This document shows positions 50,078 through 61,824 of a stretch of DNA of 64,000 bases, piece by piece. Origin of the DNA: Escherichia phage FP43; the sequence record MN648445; one strand, given 5' to 3'. The position numbers and the translations under genes are program-made. How positions within the stretch are numbered: the first letter of the stretch is position 1; each line of letters starts with the position of its first letter. The notes under the pieces were generated by a model. That model did no database searches, was not told where the DNA came from, and worked only from the letters and a program-made list of their open reading frames with translations.

Positions 50078-50100
50078 AACGGGATAAATACTATCCCGTT
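50078..50100 (+). promoter_or_regulatory. hairpin upstream of nrdA (9-bp stem AACGGGATA/TATCCCGTT, 5-nt loop)
   Basis: perfect inverted repeat immediately after a TATAAT-like box at 50067-50072; not followed by a T run. Confidence 0.4.
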
Positions 50101-50135
50101 TGGAGTAATGATTACTAACCTATGCTGAGGAATAT

Positions 50136-52391
50136 ATGCAAGTAACTAAGAGTAGTGGTGTAAGCCAGAATTTTGATGCACAAAAAATTATCCAAGTCTT
50201 AACTTGGCAATGTGAAGGAACACAAATCGACCCATATGAATTGTACGAAGAAATTAAGACCCATCTTGTCGATGGGATGAGCACCAAAGATATCCAGAAG
50301 ATTTGTATTAAAGTTGCAGCTAACTTGATTTCTGTCGAAGAACCTGACTATCAATATGTTGCCGCTAAAGGATTAATGTTTGCACTTCGTAAAGATGTAT
50401 ATGGGCAGTTTGAACCGCCTGCTTTTATCGACCATATTTCTTACTGTGTTAATGAAGGCAAATATGACCCTGAGCTGTTGTCTCAATATTCAGCAGAAGA
50501 AATCATTTATCTCGATTCACAGATTAAACATGAACGAGACTTTGATCTGACTTATGCTGGTGCTATGCAGCTTAAAGAAAAATATCTAGTTAAAGATAAA
50601 ACAACTGGGAAGATTTATGAAACTCCACAGTTTGCTATCATGGCTATTGGCATGGCCTTACATCAAGACGAAACTCATGACCGTTTGAAACATATTATTC
50701 GTTTTTATGATGCCGTTTCTACTCATCAAGTTTCATTGCCAACCCCAATTATGGCAGGTGCTCGTACTCCAACTCGCCAGTTCTCTAGTTGTGTAGTTAT
50801 TGAAGCCGGTGATTCGTTAAAATCTATTAACAAAACTTCAGCATCAATTATTGAATATATTTCTAAACGAGCTGGTATCGGTATCAACGTTGGTATGCTT
50901 CGTGCAGAAGGTTCTAAGATCGGTACGGGTGAAGTTCGACATACAGGTGTTATTCCATTCTGGAAACATTTCCAAACTGCAGTAAAATCTTGTTCTCAAG
51001 GTGGTATTCGTGGTGGTGCTGCTACAGCGTATTATCCGATGTGGCACTTAGAAGTAGAGAACCTGTTAGTTCTGAAAAATAACAAAGGCGTGGATGAAAA
51101 CCGTATTCGACATATGGACTACGGAATTCAGATTAATGACCTTATGATGGAACGCCTTGGTAAAAATGATTATATTACTTTATTTAGCCCTCACGAAATG
51201 TCAGGCGAACTATACTACTCGTTCTTTGAAGATCAAGATAAATTCCGTGAGCTTTATGAGAAAGCTGAAAAAGACCCAACAATCAGAAAGAAAAGAATCA
51301 AAGCACTAGAACTCTTTGAATTGTTCATGACTGAACGTTCTGGCACTGCTCGAATTTATCCACAGTTTGTTGATAACACGAATAACTACACTCCATTTAT
51401 TCGTGAAAAAGCTCCAATTCGACAGAGTAACTTATGTTGTGAAATCGCTATTCCAACTAATGATGTGAATGGTCCTGATGCTGAAATTGGATTGTGCACA
51501 TTATCTGCTTTTGTATTAGATAAATTTGATTGGCAAGACCAAGATAAAATTAATGAACTTGCTGAAGTACAAGTACGTGCACTTGATAACCTGTTAGACT
51601 ATCAAGATTATCCGGTTCCAGAAGCTTTAAAAGCTAAAAAGCGTCGAAACCTAGGTGTCGGTGTTACGAACTATGCCGCATGGTTAGCTTCTAACTTCGC
51701 TTCATATGAAGACGCTAACGATTTGACTCATGAATTGTTTGAGAGATTGCAATATGGCCTTATCAAAGCATCAATCAAACTCGCCAAAGAAAAAGGATGT
51801 TGCGAGTATTATTCAGACACTAAATGGTCTAGAGGCGAATTACCTATCGACTGGTACAATAAAAAGATTGACCAAATCGCAGCCCCGAACTACGTCTGTG
51901 ACTGGGAAGAACTTCGAGCTGAACTCAAAGAACATGGAATTCGTAACTCAACGTTGTCTGCACTCATGCCTTGTGAGTCAAGCAGTCAAGTATCGAACTC
52001 TACAAACGGGATTGAGCCACCACGCGGCCCAGTAAGTATTAAAGAATCTAAAGAAGGCAACTTCCGACAGGTTGTTCCTAATATCGAACATAACATGAGT
52101 CTTTACGACTATGCGTGGAAACTTGCTAAGAAAGGTAATAAACCTTATTTGACTCAAGTTGCTATCATGTTGAAATGGGTGTGCCAATCTGCTTCTGCTA
52201 ATACTTACTATGACCCTGCAGTATTTGAGAAAGGTAAAGTGCCAATGTCAGTAATGCTTGACGATCTGCTTTACTTCTGGTACTTTGGTGGAAAAAACCT
52301 CTACTATCATAACACTCGTGATGGGTCAGGTACAGATGACTATGAATTAGAAACACCTAAAGCTGAAGATTGTTCTGCTTGTAAGCTTTAA
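50136..52391 (+). CDS. nrdA: aerobic ribonucleotide reductase large subunit
   Basis: 751 aa; ATP-cone N-terminus; C-terminal C-x-x-C tail (CSACKL). Confidence 0.92.
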   Translation: MQVTKSSGVSQNFDAQKIIQVLTWQCEGTQIDPYELYEEIKTHLVDGMSTKDIQKICIKVAANLISVEEPDYQYVAAKGLMFALRKDVYGQFEPPAFIDHISYCVNEGKYDPELLSQYSAEEIIYLDSQIKHERDFDLTYAGAMQLKEKYLVKDKTTGKIYETPQFAIMAIGMALHQDETHDRLKHIIRFYDAVSTHQVSLPTPIMAGARTPTRQFSSCVVIEAGDSLKSINKTSASIIEYISKRAGIGINVGMLRAEGSKIGTGEVRHTGVIPFWKHFQTAVKSCSQGGIRGGAATAYYPMWHLEVENLLVLKNNKGVDENRIRHMDYGIQINDLMMERLGKNDYITLFSPHEMSGELYYSFFEDQDKFRELYEKAEKDPTIRKKRIKALELFELFMTERSGTARIYPQFVDNTNNYTPFIREKAPIRQSNLCCEIAIPTNDVNGPDAEIGLCTLSAFVLDKFDWQDQDKINELAEVQVRALDNLLDYQDYPVPEALKAKKRRNLGVGVTNYAAWLASNFASYEDANDLTHELFERLQYGLIKASIKLAKEKGCCEYYSDTKWSRGELPIDWYNKKIDQIAAPNYVCDWEELRAELKEHGIRNSTLSALMPCESSSQVSNSTNGIEPPRGPVSIKESKEGNFRQVVPNIEHNMSLYDYAWKLAKKGNKPYLTQVAIMLKWVCQSASANTYYDPAVFEKGKVPMSVMLDDLLYFWYFGGKNLYYHNTRDGSGTDDYELETPKAEDCSACKL

Positions 52392-52444
52392 GACTTTTGA
52401 TTATAATTTACTCATGGATGAGTTAAAACTAAGTGAGAAATATA

Positions 52445-53623
52445 ATGAGTACAGTTTTTAACACACAACAAGTCGATGTTTTGAATGAACCGATGTTCTT
52501 TGGTTCTGGTCTTGGTATTGCGCGTTATGATATTCAACGCCATAAAGTTTTTGAAGATTTGACCGAAAAGCAATTGTCATTTTTCTGGCGCCCCGAAGAG
52601 GTAAACTTGATGTTGGACTCTGCGCAGTTCAATAAGCTTCCTCAGTTCCAACAGGACATCTTTACAAACAATCTTAAGTATCAATCATTATTAGATTCTA
52701 TCCAAGGCAGGGCCCCATCTGCGGTACTTATGGCACTGATTTCTGACCCTTCATTAGATACATGGGTTGCAACATGGACATTCAGTGAAACTATTCACTC
52801 TCGTTCGTATACTCATATTATGCGAAATCTTTATACAGACCCATCTAAGGTATTTGATGAGATTGTATTAGACGAAGCAATCATGAAACGAGCTGAATCA
52901 ATAGGTAAATATTACGATGATGTTCTGGTTAAAACTCGTTATTGGGAAAACGCTAAAGCTGATATCGAATACCAAAAAGAAATTAATGCAGACGAAGACG
53001 TTATTGAAGATGCTATTGAGCATGAGACATATTGGAAGCGTGAGCTAATGAAATCTCTTTACCTCTGCCTCCATGTAATCAACGCGTTGGAAGCTATTCG
53101 TTTTTACGTATCATTTGCATGTACTTTCAACTTCCATAAAAATATGGAAATTATGGAAGGTAATGCAAAGATTATGAAGTTCATTGCTCGTGACGAACAA
53201 CTCCACCTCAAGGGTACTCAGTACATTATCCGTCAACTTCAATCTGGTACTGATGGTGATGAGTGGGTTCAAATTGCTAAAGAATGCGAACAAGAAGCAG
53301 TTGATATTTTTATGGAAGTAAATAGACAAGAGAAGGAATGGGCTGCACACCTCTTTAAAGACGGTACATGTCCAGGTATCAATACGCAGAGTATGTGTGC
53401 TTTTGTCGATTACTTGACTGTGTCTCGTATGAAACAGTGTGGTTTGCCATGCCCAATCACTGATGCTCCGACCAAGCATCCGTATCCTTGGATTCGTGAA
53501 TATCTGAACTCCGATTTAGTTCAAGCAGCTCCTCAGGAAGTTGAAATCAGTTCTTATCTTGTCGCACAAATTGATAATGATGTAGACCAAAATGTAATCA
53601 ATTCATACAAAAAATATTTCTAA
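52445..53623 (+). CDS. nrdB: aerobic ribonucleotide reductase small subunit (uninterrupted)
   Basis: 392 aa from ATG 52445 (MSTVFNT); di-iron ligand motifs; no intron-like gap. Confidence 0.9.
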   Translation: MSTVFNTQQVDVLNEPMFFGSGLGIARYDIQRHKVFEDLTEKQLSFFWRPEEVNLMLDSAQFNKLPQFQQDIFTNNLKYQSLLDSIQGRAPSAVLMALISDPSLDTWVATWTFSETIHSRSYTHIMRNLYTDPSKVFDEIVLDEAIMKRAESIGKYYDDVLVKTRYWENAKADIEYQKEINADEDVIEDAIEHETYWKRELMKSLYLCLHVINALEAIRFYVSFACTFNFHKNMEIMEGNAKIMKFIARDEQLHLKGTQYIIRQLQSGTDGDEWVQIAKECEQEAVDIFMEVNRQEKEWAAHLFKDGTCPGINTQSMCAFVDYLTVSRMKQCGLPCPITDAPTKHPYPWIREYLNSDLVQAAPQEVEISSYLVAQIDNDVDQNVINSYKKYF

Positions 53624-53627
53624 GGAC

Positions 53628-53648
53628 GGGACTTCGGTCCCACTTTAT
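53628..53648 (+). terminator. terminator-like hairpin
   Basis: GGGAC-TTCG-GTCCC then ACTTTATT. Confidence 0.55.
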
Positions 53649-53649
53649 T

Positions 53650-54060
53650 ATGAAAGATATTGCCGCCGAATATTCCTTTATTAAATATACAGAATTGGAG
53701 CTATTAGAAGATGCAACAATTAAAACAGTTGATGTCCCTAATAAGAAAAATGTCATATACGCTATTGCTATAGATGACGAACTTGTGTATATTGGTAAAA
53801 CCAAGAATTTAAAGAAACGCATTAACTATTATCGAACAGCCATAAATCGAAAAGACCAGACTTCAGATTCAAGAAAATCACTTATGATTTTGGATGCCTT
53901 AATGCAAGGCAAAAAGGTTGAATTCTGGGCCCGCCAATGTTTTGACCTTTCAGTCACCAACGAACTTGGTTCAATGACCATCGCAACAATGGACCTTGAA
54001 GAACCGCTTTTTATCAAAAAGTTCAACCCGCCTTGGAATATCCAACATAAGAAAAAGTAG
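53650..54060 (+). CDS. denA: endonuclease II (GIY-YIG family)
   Basis: 136 aa; VIYAIAIDDELVYIGKTKNLKKRINYY GIY-YIG core; synteny nrdB-denA-rnlA. Confidence 0.75.
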   Translation: MKDIAAEYSFIKYTELELLEDATIKTVDVPNKKNVIYAIAIDDELVYIGKTKNLKKRINYYRTAINRKDQTSDSRKSLMILDALMQGKKVEFWARQCFDLSVTNELGSMTIATMDLEEPLFIKKFNPPWNIQHKKK

Positions 54061-54089
54061 TTTACACACCACAAGGATTGTGGTATAAT
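54060..54089 (+). promoter_or_regulatory. early-type promoter with short stem (CCACAA/TTGTGG)
   Basis: GTTTAC 54060-54065 and TATAAT 54084-54089. Confidence 0.55.
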
Positions 54090-54106
54090 TTAAAAAAACT
54101 AACTGA

Positions 54107-55240
<1,134 letters not shown>

Positions 55241-55242
55241 TG

Positions 55243-55272
55243 GTTTACAAACACCAAGGAAGGTGTTACTAT
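55243..55272 (+). promoter_or_regulatory. early-type promoter with short stem (AACACC/GGTGTT)
   Basis: GTTTAC 55243-55248 and TACTAT 55267-55272. Confidence 0.5.
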
Positions 55273-55302
55273 GGCTTTTATCAATAACACGAGGAGAAAA
55301 TT

Positions 55303-55803
55303 ATGAATATGCAATTGATTACTAATGATATGGTCGTAACCGCTTTTGGAGACACAACTGACGGAATCCGAGTCTTTAAGAAAGGACGTCCAGTTGGTTA
55401 TCTTACTGACCTACGTGTTACACTGGCCAAAAATCTTAAAAAGAAAGTAAAACAAAAAGAGTATTCCACCCGATACGCTGAAGAGAAACGTGAAGCAATG
55501 CCGGAAGCAGTTAATGCCATGGTAGAATTTCTTCAAAACAATTTGACTAAATATGACGCTAATGTTTTCGTTAATATTAGTCAACCAAACGTACATATCG
55601 CAGGTATAAAATTCTACATTATTTGCGACCCTCTTACCGACAAATTCAACCGCCTCGGAATTTCAAGTCCATATCATACAGCAGAAGAGTTGTGTGTATT
55701 GTTTGAATCGTACAAAATCCAGTGTGATGGTTTGAAAACCGTTCTTATCAATGGATTATCCCGAGATGAAATCATTGAGATTATTAAAACATGCTTAAAG
55801 TAA
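55303..55803 (+). CDS. alc: Alc-position protein (host transcription shutoff)
   Basis: 166 aa; placed by synteny between rnlA and the pseT.x genes. Confidence 0.55.
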   Translation: MNMQLITNDMVVTAFGDTTDGIRVFKKGRPVGYLTDLRVTLAKNLKKKVKQKEYSTRYAEEKREAMPEAVNAMVEFLQNNLTKYDANVFVNISQPNVHIAGIKFYIICDPLTDKFNRLGISSPYHTAEELCVLFESYKIQCDGLKTVLINGLSRDEIIEIIKTCLK

Positions 55804-56147
55804 ATCCAATTTATGCTATAGTAGCAGCTTTTGCTCTAGTTTCTACGGTAACAATAGTTGTCTTAAACAACAAAGTTGATTCGTTGAATACTGAATTAGC
55901 TTCTGTTAAAAAGACCGCTAAAAACAATGCTAAAGTATTAGACGACTTCAAAGCTCAATATCAGTCAATCGAAGAAATGACTTACAAGAATCGTGTTTTA
56001 GTTGACCAACTTAAGGCCGAAAATGAAAAGCTCCGTAAGGATTCGAAGAAGAAGAACGTGGTGGCAAGTAAACCAGGATTGGTCGAAAAACAAATCAACA
56101 AGTCCTTCGATTCCTTTGCAGAAGACCTCAGGAAGCTCTCAGAATGA
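55791..56147 (+). CDS. membrane protein (pseT.3 position)
   Basis: 118 aa, N-terminal TM helix then coiled-coil-like region. Confidence 0.55.
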   Translation: MLKVNPIYAIVAAFALVSTVTIVVLNNKVDSLNTELASVKKTAKNNAKVLDDFKAQYQSIEEMTYKNRVLVDQLKAENEKLRKDSKKKNVVASKPGLVEKQINKSFDSFAEDLRKLSE

Positions 56148-56434
56148 TTAAATTAACCGCAGTTGTATTATCTATTGGTATTTTGGCTGGATGTGCCCAG
56201 GATGTGCCCTTAAGCCCTAAAGAAACTTTACATCCGCCATGGCCTGAATCTATTGTTGAATATAACCAGAAATGGCAAGTAAAGGTTATTGATGGTAATC
56301 CATGGGTTGGAATGCCATTTGAAGACTCTCAAGAATTTCGTATCTGGTTAAACGACGTAAAAAGATATGTACATGACCAGAAGACTATGATATGTTATTA
56401 TCGTAGTGGTTTAAAAGAGGAAAAATGCCAATGA
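56144..56434 (+). CDS. putative lipoprotein (pseT.2 position)
   Basis: signal peptide with lipobox LAGC. Confidence 0.55.
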   Translation: MIKLTAVVLSIGILAGCAQDVPLSPKETLHPPWPESIVEYNQKWQVKVIDGNPWVGMPFEDSQEFRIWLNDVKRYVHDQKTMICYYRSGLKEEKCQ

Positions 56435-56649
56435 CTAAAGAACAGCATGAATACATTAAAGGGCTTATCTATGAATCTGAAATGGCGGCTATGATTTATG
56501 GGCGCCAGATTCAACGATTAGAATCTTTGCCTCCGACTAATGACCGCTTGTTAGTTCAGTCTCGTGCTAATCTGAAAAATGAATATCAGAATAAGTGGGC
56601 AGTAGCGACTAAAGCTCTTCACGAGTATATTGAATCTTTAGTAAAATAG
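56425..56649 (+). CDS. hypothetical protein
   Basis: 74-aa ORF. Confidence 0.5.
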   Translation: MPMTKEQHEYIKGLIYESEMAAMIYGRQIQRLESLPPTNDRLLVQSRANLKNEYQNKWAVATKALHEYIESLVK

Positions 56650-56684
56650 TTTACAAACTCTCAGGAGCAGAGTATAATGCTCCT
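56649..56684 (+). promoter_or_regulatory. early-type promoter cassette with 7-bp stem (AGGAGCA/TGCTCCT) around TATAAT
   Basis: GTTTACAAACTCTCAGGAGCAGAGTATAATGCTCCT; paired with the 27918 cassette. Confidence 0.6.
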
Positions 56685-56706
56685 ATGGATAATTGAGGAA
56701 ATCTAA

Positions 56707-57005
56707 ATGAAAACATTACTAGAGAATTACATCAAACGGTCTGATGAGTATATTGATATCTGCCGTGGAATGTCACTTGGCAATTATGACAAAGATGCAG
56801 CAAAGGCACTAGATGAAGCAGGTAAAGCTCTTCGTAAAGCTGCTAAAGAAAAAGGGTTGGATTTGCAACAACTCAAAAGTCATATGATTAAATTTATTTC
56901 TTCAAACGTTAGAAGTACGTCAATTAATAAAAACGTTGCTGAAATTAATAAAGACCGGCGCGAGCATAACATTCGTATTCTTGAAATTTTCTTAGGAATA
57001 AAATA

Positions 57006-57006
<1 letters not shown>
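56707..57006 (+). CDS. hypothetical protein
   Basis: 99-aa ORF. Confidence 0.55.
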
Positions 57007-58092
<1,086 letters not shown>

Positions 58093-58093
<1 letters not shown>

Positions 58094-58284
58094 TGAAACG
58101 ATTATATGAAGTGATTGAGGCCATCGAACAGCATAAAGAATATTTGTTTGTAGCCTGGCCTTTAGTAAATGGACAGTTCGGTATTGATGTGCTGGACTAT
58201 GAGCATGAAGAACGTTTGGACGGTGGTATATTTGATAACGTCGACCAGGCAATTGAATGGTTAAATGAAAACTATGTACGATAA
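58093..58284 (+). CDS. hypothetical protein
   Basis: 63-aa ORF. Confidence 0.45.
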
Positions 58285-58489
58285 ACATCATGAAATCGAA
58301 GATGAAGCATACAAAATGCTTCGTAAACTAGTGGGACTTAATATGAGTCCTACATTAATCAACAAACTCGCAGGAATTCGTAATGATCTGAATACTCGTT
58401 ACAAAGGCGAATATCATGTAGAGTTTGTTCCTGTAGGTGAACCGACCGAGCGATTTGTTGTTCGAGTTAAAGTAAATACTGTACACTGA
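58265..58489 (+). CDS. hypothetical protein
   Basis: 74-aa ORF. Confidence 0.45.
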   Translation: MKTMYDKHHEIEDEAYKMLRKLVGLNMSPTLINKLAGIRNDLNTRYKGEYHVEFVPVGEPTERFVVRVKVNTVH

Positions 58490-58496
58490 GGTAATT

Positions 58497-58772
58497 ATGT
58501 TCCCAACTTATTCTGAAATTGTAAAGGTAGTCTTCAGTCAGATTATTGCTAATAATATGTTTGAAGTGCTTGATAATGCAGCCGAACTCAGAGTTCATGC
58601 TCAACTAACTCATGTACTCAATGCTTTGCTCCCAGACCAAGTAGATTCTATTGCTATTACTCTTCTCCCTGGGTCTGCACACGTCATAGTGGTATTTGAT
58701 CTTGACGGCGATTTAGTTATCCAATGTGATATCAATTTCGGTACACAAAAAATTGAATGCAAAGCAATTTAA
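58497..58772 (+). CDS. hypothetical protein
   Basis: 91-aa ORF. Confidence 0.5.
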   Translation: MFPTYSEIVKVVFSQIIANNMFEVLDNAAELRVHAQLTHVLNALLPDQVDSIAITLLPGSAHVIVVFDLDGDLVIQCDINFGTQKIECKAI

Positions 58773-58774
58773 TG

Positions 58775-58813
58775 GTTTACAACATGGTGGAGTTGTGATA
58801 CTATAACTCTACC
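58775..58813 (+). promoter_or_regulatory. early-type promoter with 9-bp imperfect stem
   Basis: GTTTAC 58775-58780; arms GGTGGAGTT/AACTCTACC with one mismatch. Confidence 0.5.
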
Positions 58814-58832
58814 AACAAATGAGGAAATAGAA

Positions 58833-59069
58833 ATGCTAAGTGAAAACCCAATTACAGTACACGAATTTCAGATTAAAGTAAAAGAATTTGCTCAAGCACT
58901 CATCAATAAAGTGTCTGAACGTTTCCAAGATGCAACATTACGAGTTATTCAAGAATCTCCACGTTCTTTTCTCATAATCGTTAATCCTAAAGATGGTGAC
59001 CAAATTACTAATCTTAAATTAGGCAGTGATGGTCTTGTTGAAGCAACTCGAGTATATGGAACACTATAA
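58833..59069 (+). CDS. hypothetical protein
   Basis: 78-aa ORF. Confidence 0.5.
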   Translation: MLSENPITVHEFQIKVKEFAQALINKVSERFQDATLRVIQESPRSFLIIVNPKDGDQITNLKLGSDGLVEATRVYGTL

Positions 59070-59189
59070 TGAGAGCTATCTCATTACTATCGAGAATGGT
59101 CATAAATCTGAGCACTACCAACTTAGCCTATCTAATCCGGTTAAAGGTATTGTTGAATCAGAATCTGTTTATATCTCCTAAGGATTGTT

Positions 59190-60182
59190 ATGTTACCTGT
59201 CATCAGAAAACTTATTTCTCCAAAAGAACTGGCTGAGATTATTCCTTTGTCGGAAGCTTACGCATCACAAGTGGCTTCTCATCGCGAACAAGTTAATTCG
59301 ATTATGAACGGTGAAGACCCACGCAAACTTATTGTTGTAGGTCCTTGTTCAATTCATGACCCTATTGCTGCTGTTGAATACGGCAAACGTCTGGCTGAAC
59401 TTCAAACTCGTCTTCCTAATGTTCTGTTAGTGATGCGCGTTTATTTTGAAAAGCCTCGAACTACCGTAGGTTGGAAAGGTCTTGTAAATGATCCATATCT
59501 TGACGGAAGTTTTGATATGAACCACGGTCTTATAGTTGCACGAACATTGTGTCGTAAACTTCTACGTATGGGACTTCCATTAGCAACTGAAGTATTAGAC
59601 CCATTCACGATTAAGTATCTTTCTGGTATTTTCTCATGGGTTGCTATTGGCGCCCGTACGACTGAAAGTCAGACACATCGTGAAATTGCTTCGGGTCTAC
59701 CGATGTGCGTAGGCTTCAAGAACGCAACCAATGGTTCTATTAAAGTAGCTACAGACGCGATGTATAGTGCCGCCTGGCCTCATCGGTATATGGGTATGGA
59801 CGTCGATGGTACTGTAGGCATTGTTGAAGCTGAAGGTAATCAGAATACGCATATCGTATTGCGTGGCGGGACCAACGGCCCGAACTATCATTCTTCTGAT
59901 ATTCAAGAAGCTTCTAACAAAGCAAGGGCAGTAGGTCTGAATCATTATGTAATGGTTGACTGTAGCCATGCAAACGCTGATGGGCATTATAGCAATCAAA
60001 TTGGTATTGGTAAAAATTTAGCAGCTAATGATTTGGTCAAAGGAATTATGATAGAATCATTCCTACATGAAGGAAATCAAAAAATTTCCGATAATATGTC
60101 CTATGGCGTTTCCGTTACCGATGCGTGCATCAGTTGGGAACAAACTAAAGAGCTGTTAACTTATATTAATAAGGTTCAATAA
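59190..60182 (+). CDS. 3-deoxy-D-arabino-heptulosonate 7-phosphate (DAHP) synthase, AroG-type
   Basis: 330 aa; GPCSIHD, VMRVYFEKPRTTVGWKGL, IGARTTESQTHRE, GFKNATNGSIKVA, VLRGG and the C-terminal HEGNQ/ACISWE region align block-by-block with E. coli AroG as I recall it. Confidence 0.85.
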   Translation: MLPVIRKLISPKELAEIIPLSEAYASQVASHREQVNSIMNGEDPRKLIVVGPCSIHDPIAAVEYGKRLAELQTRLPNVLLVMRVYFEKPRTTVGWKGLVNDPYLDGSFDMNHGLIVARTLCRKLLRMGLPLATEVLDPFTIKYLSGIFSWVAIGARTTESQTHREIASGLPMCVGFKNATNGSIKVATDAMYSAAWPHRYMGMDVDGTVGIVEAEGNQNTHIVLRGGTNGPNYHSSDIQEASNKARAVGLNHYVMVDCSHANADGHYSNQIGIGKNLAANDLVKGIMIESFLHEGNQKISDNMSYGVSVTDACISWEQTKELLTYINKVQ

Positions 60183-60763
60183 TGAAAGCTAGCACATACC
60201 TTCAGATTGCATATCTGATTTCTCAAGAATCAAAATGTTGTTCATGGAAAGTTGGCGCAGTCATTGAAAAAGATGGGCGCATTATTTCTACTGGGTATAA
60301 CGGTTCACCTGCAGGTGGCGTTAACTGTTGCGAACATGCATCTGAAAATGGTTGGTTGAAGAATAAACCAATCCCAGTCATCGTTGCTGGGCATAAAGAA
60401 GGCACTACAGCATTTGGACGGGCCGATAATTTTGTTTTGGCTAAAGAACATCGGGCTGCTCATAGTGCATGGTCTGCCAATAACGAAATCCATGCGGAAC
60501 TGAATGCAATTTTGTTTGCAGCTCGTAAAGGTAATTCTATTGAAGGTGCTACGTTGTATACGACACTTTCTCCATGTCCTGATTGCACTAAAGCTATTAC
60601 ACAGTCAGGTATTAAAAAGGTTGTATATGCAGAATTATATGACCGATCTCCTGAAAATTGGGCAGACATTCTTAAACAAGCTGGTATTGAAGTAATTCAG
60701 TACTCTCGTAATAATCTTCGTTCTCTGAATTGGGAACAAATCCGAAACTTTTGTGGTGAATAA
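60182..60763 (+). CDS. cd: dCMP deaminase
   Basis: 193 aa; zinc-binding HAELNA ... SPCPDC motifs. Confidence 0.9.
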   Translation: MKASTYLQIAYLISQESKCCSWKVGAVIEKDGRIISTGYNGSPAGGVNCCEHASENGWLKNKPIPVIVAGHKEGTTAFGRADNFVLAKEHRAAHSAWSANNEIHAELNAILFAARKGNSIEGATLYTTLSPCPDCTKAITQSGIKKVVYAELYDRSPENWADILKQAGIEVIQYSRNNLRSLNWEQIRNFCGE

Positions 60764-60764
60764 T

Positions 60765-61061
60765 ATGATTTTAACTGAACAAGAAACTATGGTTCTTCGT
60801 GAACGTATTAAAACTATTCTGTCTGTAGGCGTTCATTGTGTTGTATTTGAAAAGGCTAACGGTGATGTTCGTACGATGTTTGCCTCCCGTGATGAACTTG
60901 AAGTCAAATACGAAAATAACAATCCGGCAACAGAAGTTCGTTATGAACCTCGTGAATCAGTTCGAGCATTCGATACCAAGTTAGGCCAGTGGCGTTCTTT
61001 CCGCCTTGATAAAGTAATTTCGGTTGATGGTACTCCGGTAGAACGTTTGCTTCTTATGTAA
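60765..61061 (+). CDS. hypothetical protein (31.x position)
   Basis: 98 aa from ATG 60765. Confidence 0.5.
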   Translation: MILTEQETMVLRERIKTILSVGVHCVVFEKANGDVRTMFASRDELEVKYENNNPATEVRYEPRESVRAFDTKLGQWRSFRLDKVISVDGTPVERLLLM

Positions 61062-61063
61062 TA

Positions 61064-61088
61064 TGCTTTACGAATAGTATGGTATTAT
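61064..61088 (+). promoter_or_regulatory. middle-type promoter (MotA box TGCTTTA, then TATTAT 12 bp downstream)
   Basis: MotA box 61064-61070 and -10-like 61083-61088 upstream of gene 31. Confidence 0.5.
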
Positions 61089-61118
61089 TAATCTATCGAC
61101 AAACAACAAGGAAATAAG

Positions 61119-61451
61119 ATGTCTGAAGTACAACTCCCAATTCGTGCTGTTGGTGAATATGTCATTCTGGTTTCTGAACCCGCTCAAGCAGGTGATGAAG
61201 AAGTTACCGAATCAGGACTTGTGATTGGTAAACGTGTTCAAGGTGAAGTTCCTGAACTATGCGTAGTTCATTCTGTAGGTCCTGATGTTCCTGAAGGTTT
61301 TGTTGAAGTCGGTGATTTGACTCCACTACCAGTTGGACAAATTCGAAATGTTCCACATCCATTTGTGGCTTTGGGACTTAAACAACCTAAAGAAATTAAA
61401 CAGAAATTCGTAACATGCCACTATAAAGCTATTCCGTGTCTTTATAAGTGA
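61119..61451 (+). CDS. 31: gp31 co-chaperonin (GroES analogue)
   Basis: 110 aa; almost identical to recalled T4 gp31 ([29 protein letters not shown]). Confidence 0.92.
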   Translation: MSEVQLPIRAVGEYVILVSEPAQAGDEEVTESGLVIGKRVQGEVPELCVVHSVGPDVPEGFVEVGDLTPLPVGQIRNVPHPFVALGLKQPKEIKQKFVTCHYKAIPCLYK

Positions 61452-61458
61452 TATAAAT
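61451..61458 (+). promoter_or_regulatory. late promoter TATAAATA
   Basis: exact TATAAATA between gene 31 and rIII. Confidence 0.45.
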
Positions 61459-61575
61459 AACTATATGAAGAGAACACTCTTCTAAGCGGTAGCCTACAAC
61501 TGAGAGACTTGTCGAAAGAAGGTGAAATTCAGACGAACGTGGCTACTAAATATTATCTCGAATTGAGAATTTAAA

Positions 61576-61824
61576 ATGATTAAACAATTACAACACGCTC
61601 TTGAACTGCAACGCAACGCATGGAATAACGGTCACGAAAACTACGGCGCGTCAATTGATGTTGAAGCCGAAGCACTGGAAATCCTGCGTTATTTCAAACA
61701 CCTGAATCCTGCTCAGGCTACTCTGGCTTCTGAACTGGAAGCTAAAGATGAATTGAAATATGCTAAGCCTCTGGCTTCTGCAGCACGCAAAGCAGTTCGT
61801 CATTTTGTTATTACCCTTAAATAA
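61576..61824 (+). CDS. rIII: rIII lysis-inhibition accessory protein
   Basis: 82 aa; synteny after gene 31. Confidence 0.75.
   Translation: MIKQLQHALELQRNAWNNGHENYGASIDVEAEALEILRYFKHLNPAQATLASELEAKDELKYAKPLASAARKAVRHFVITLK

Noticed and set aside
59190-60182. Alternative reading of the DAHP synthase ORF as KDO8P synthase
   Set aside because: Length (330 aa) and the GPCSIHD and C-terminal regions match AroG-type DAHP synthase rather than the shorter KdsA as I recall them; substrate specificity still needs experimental or alignment confirmation
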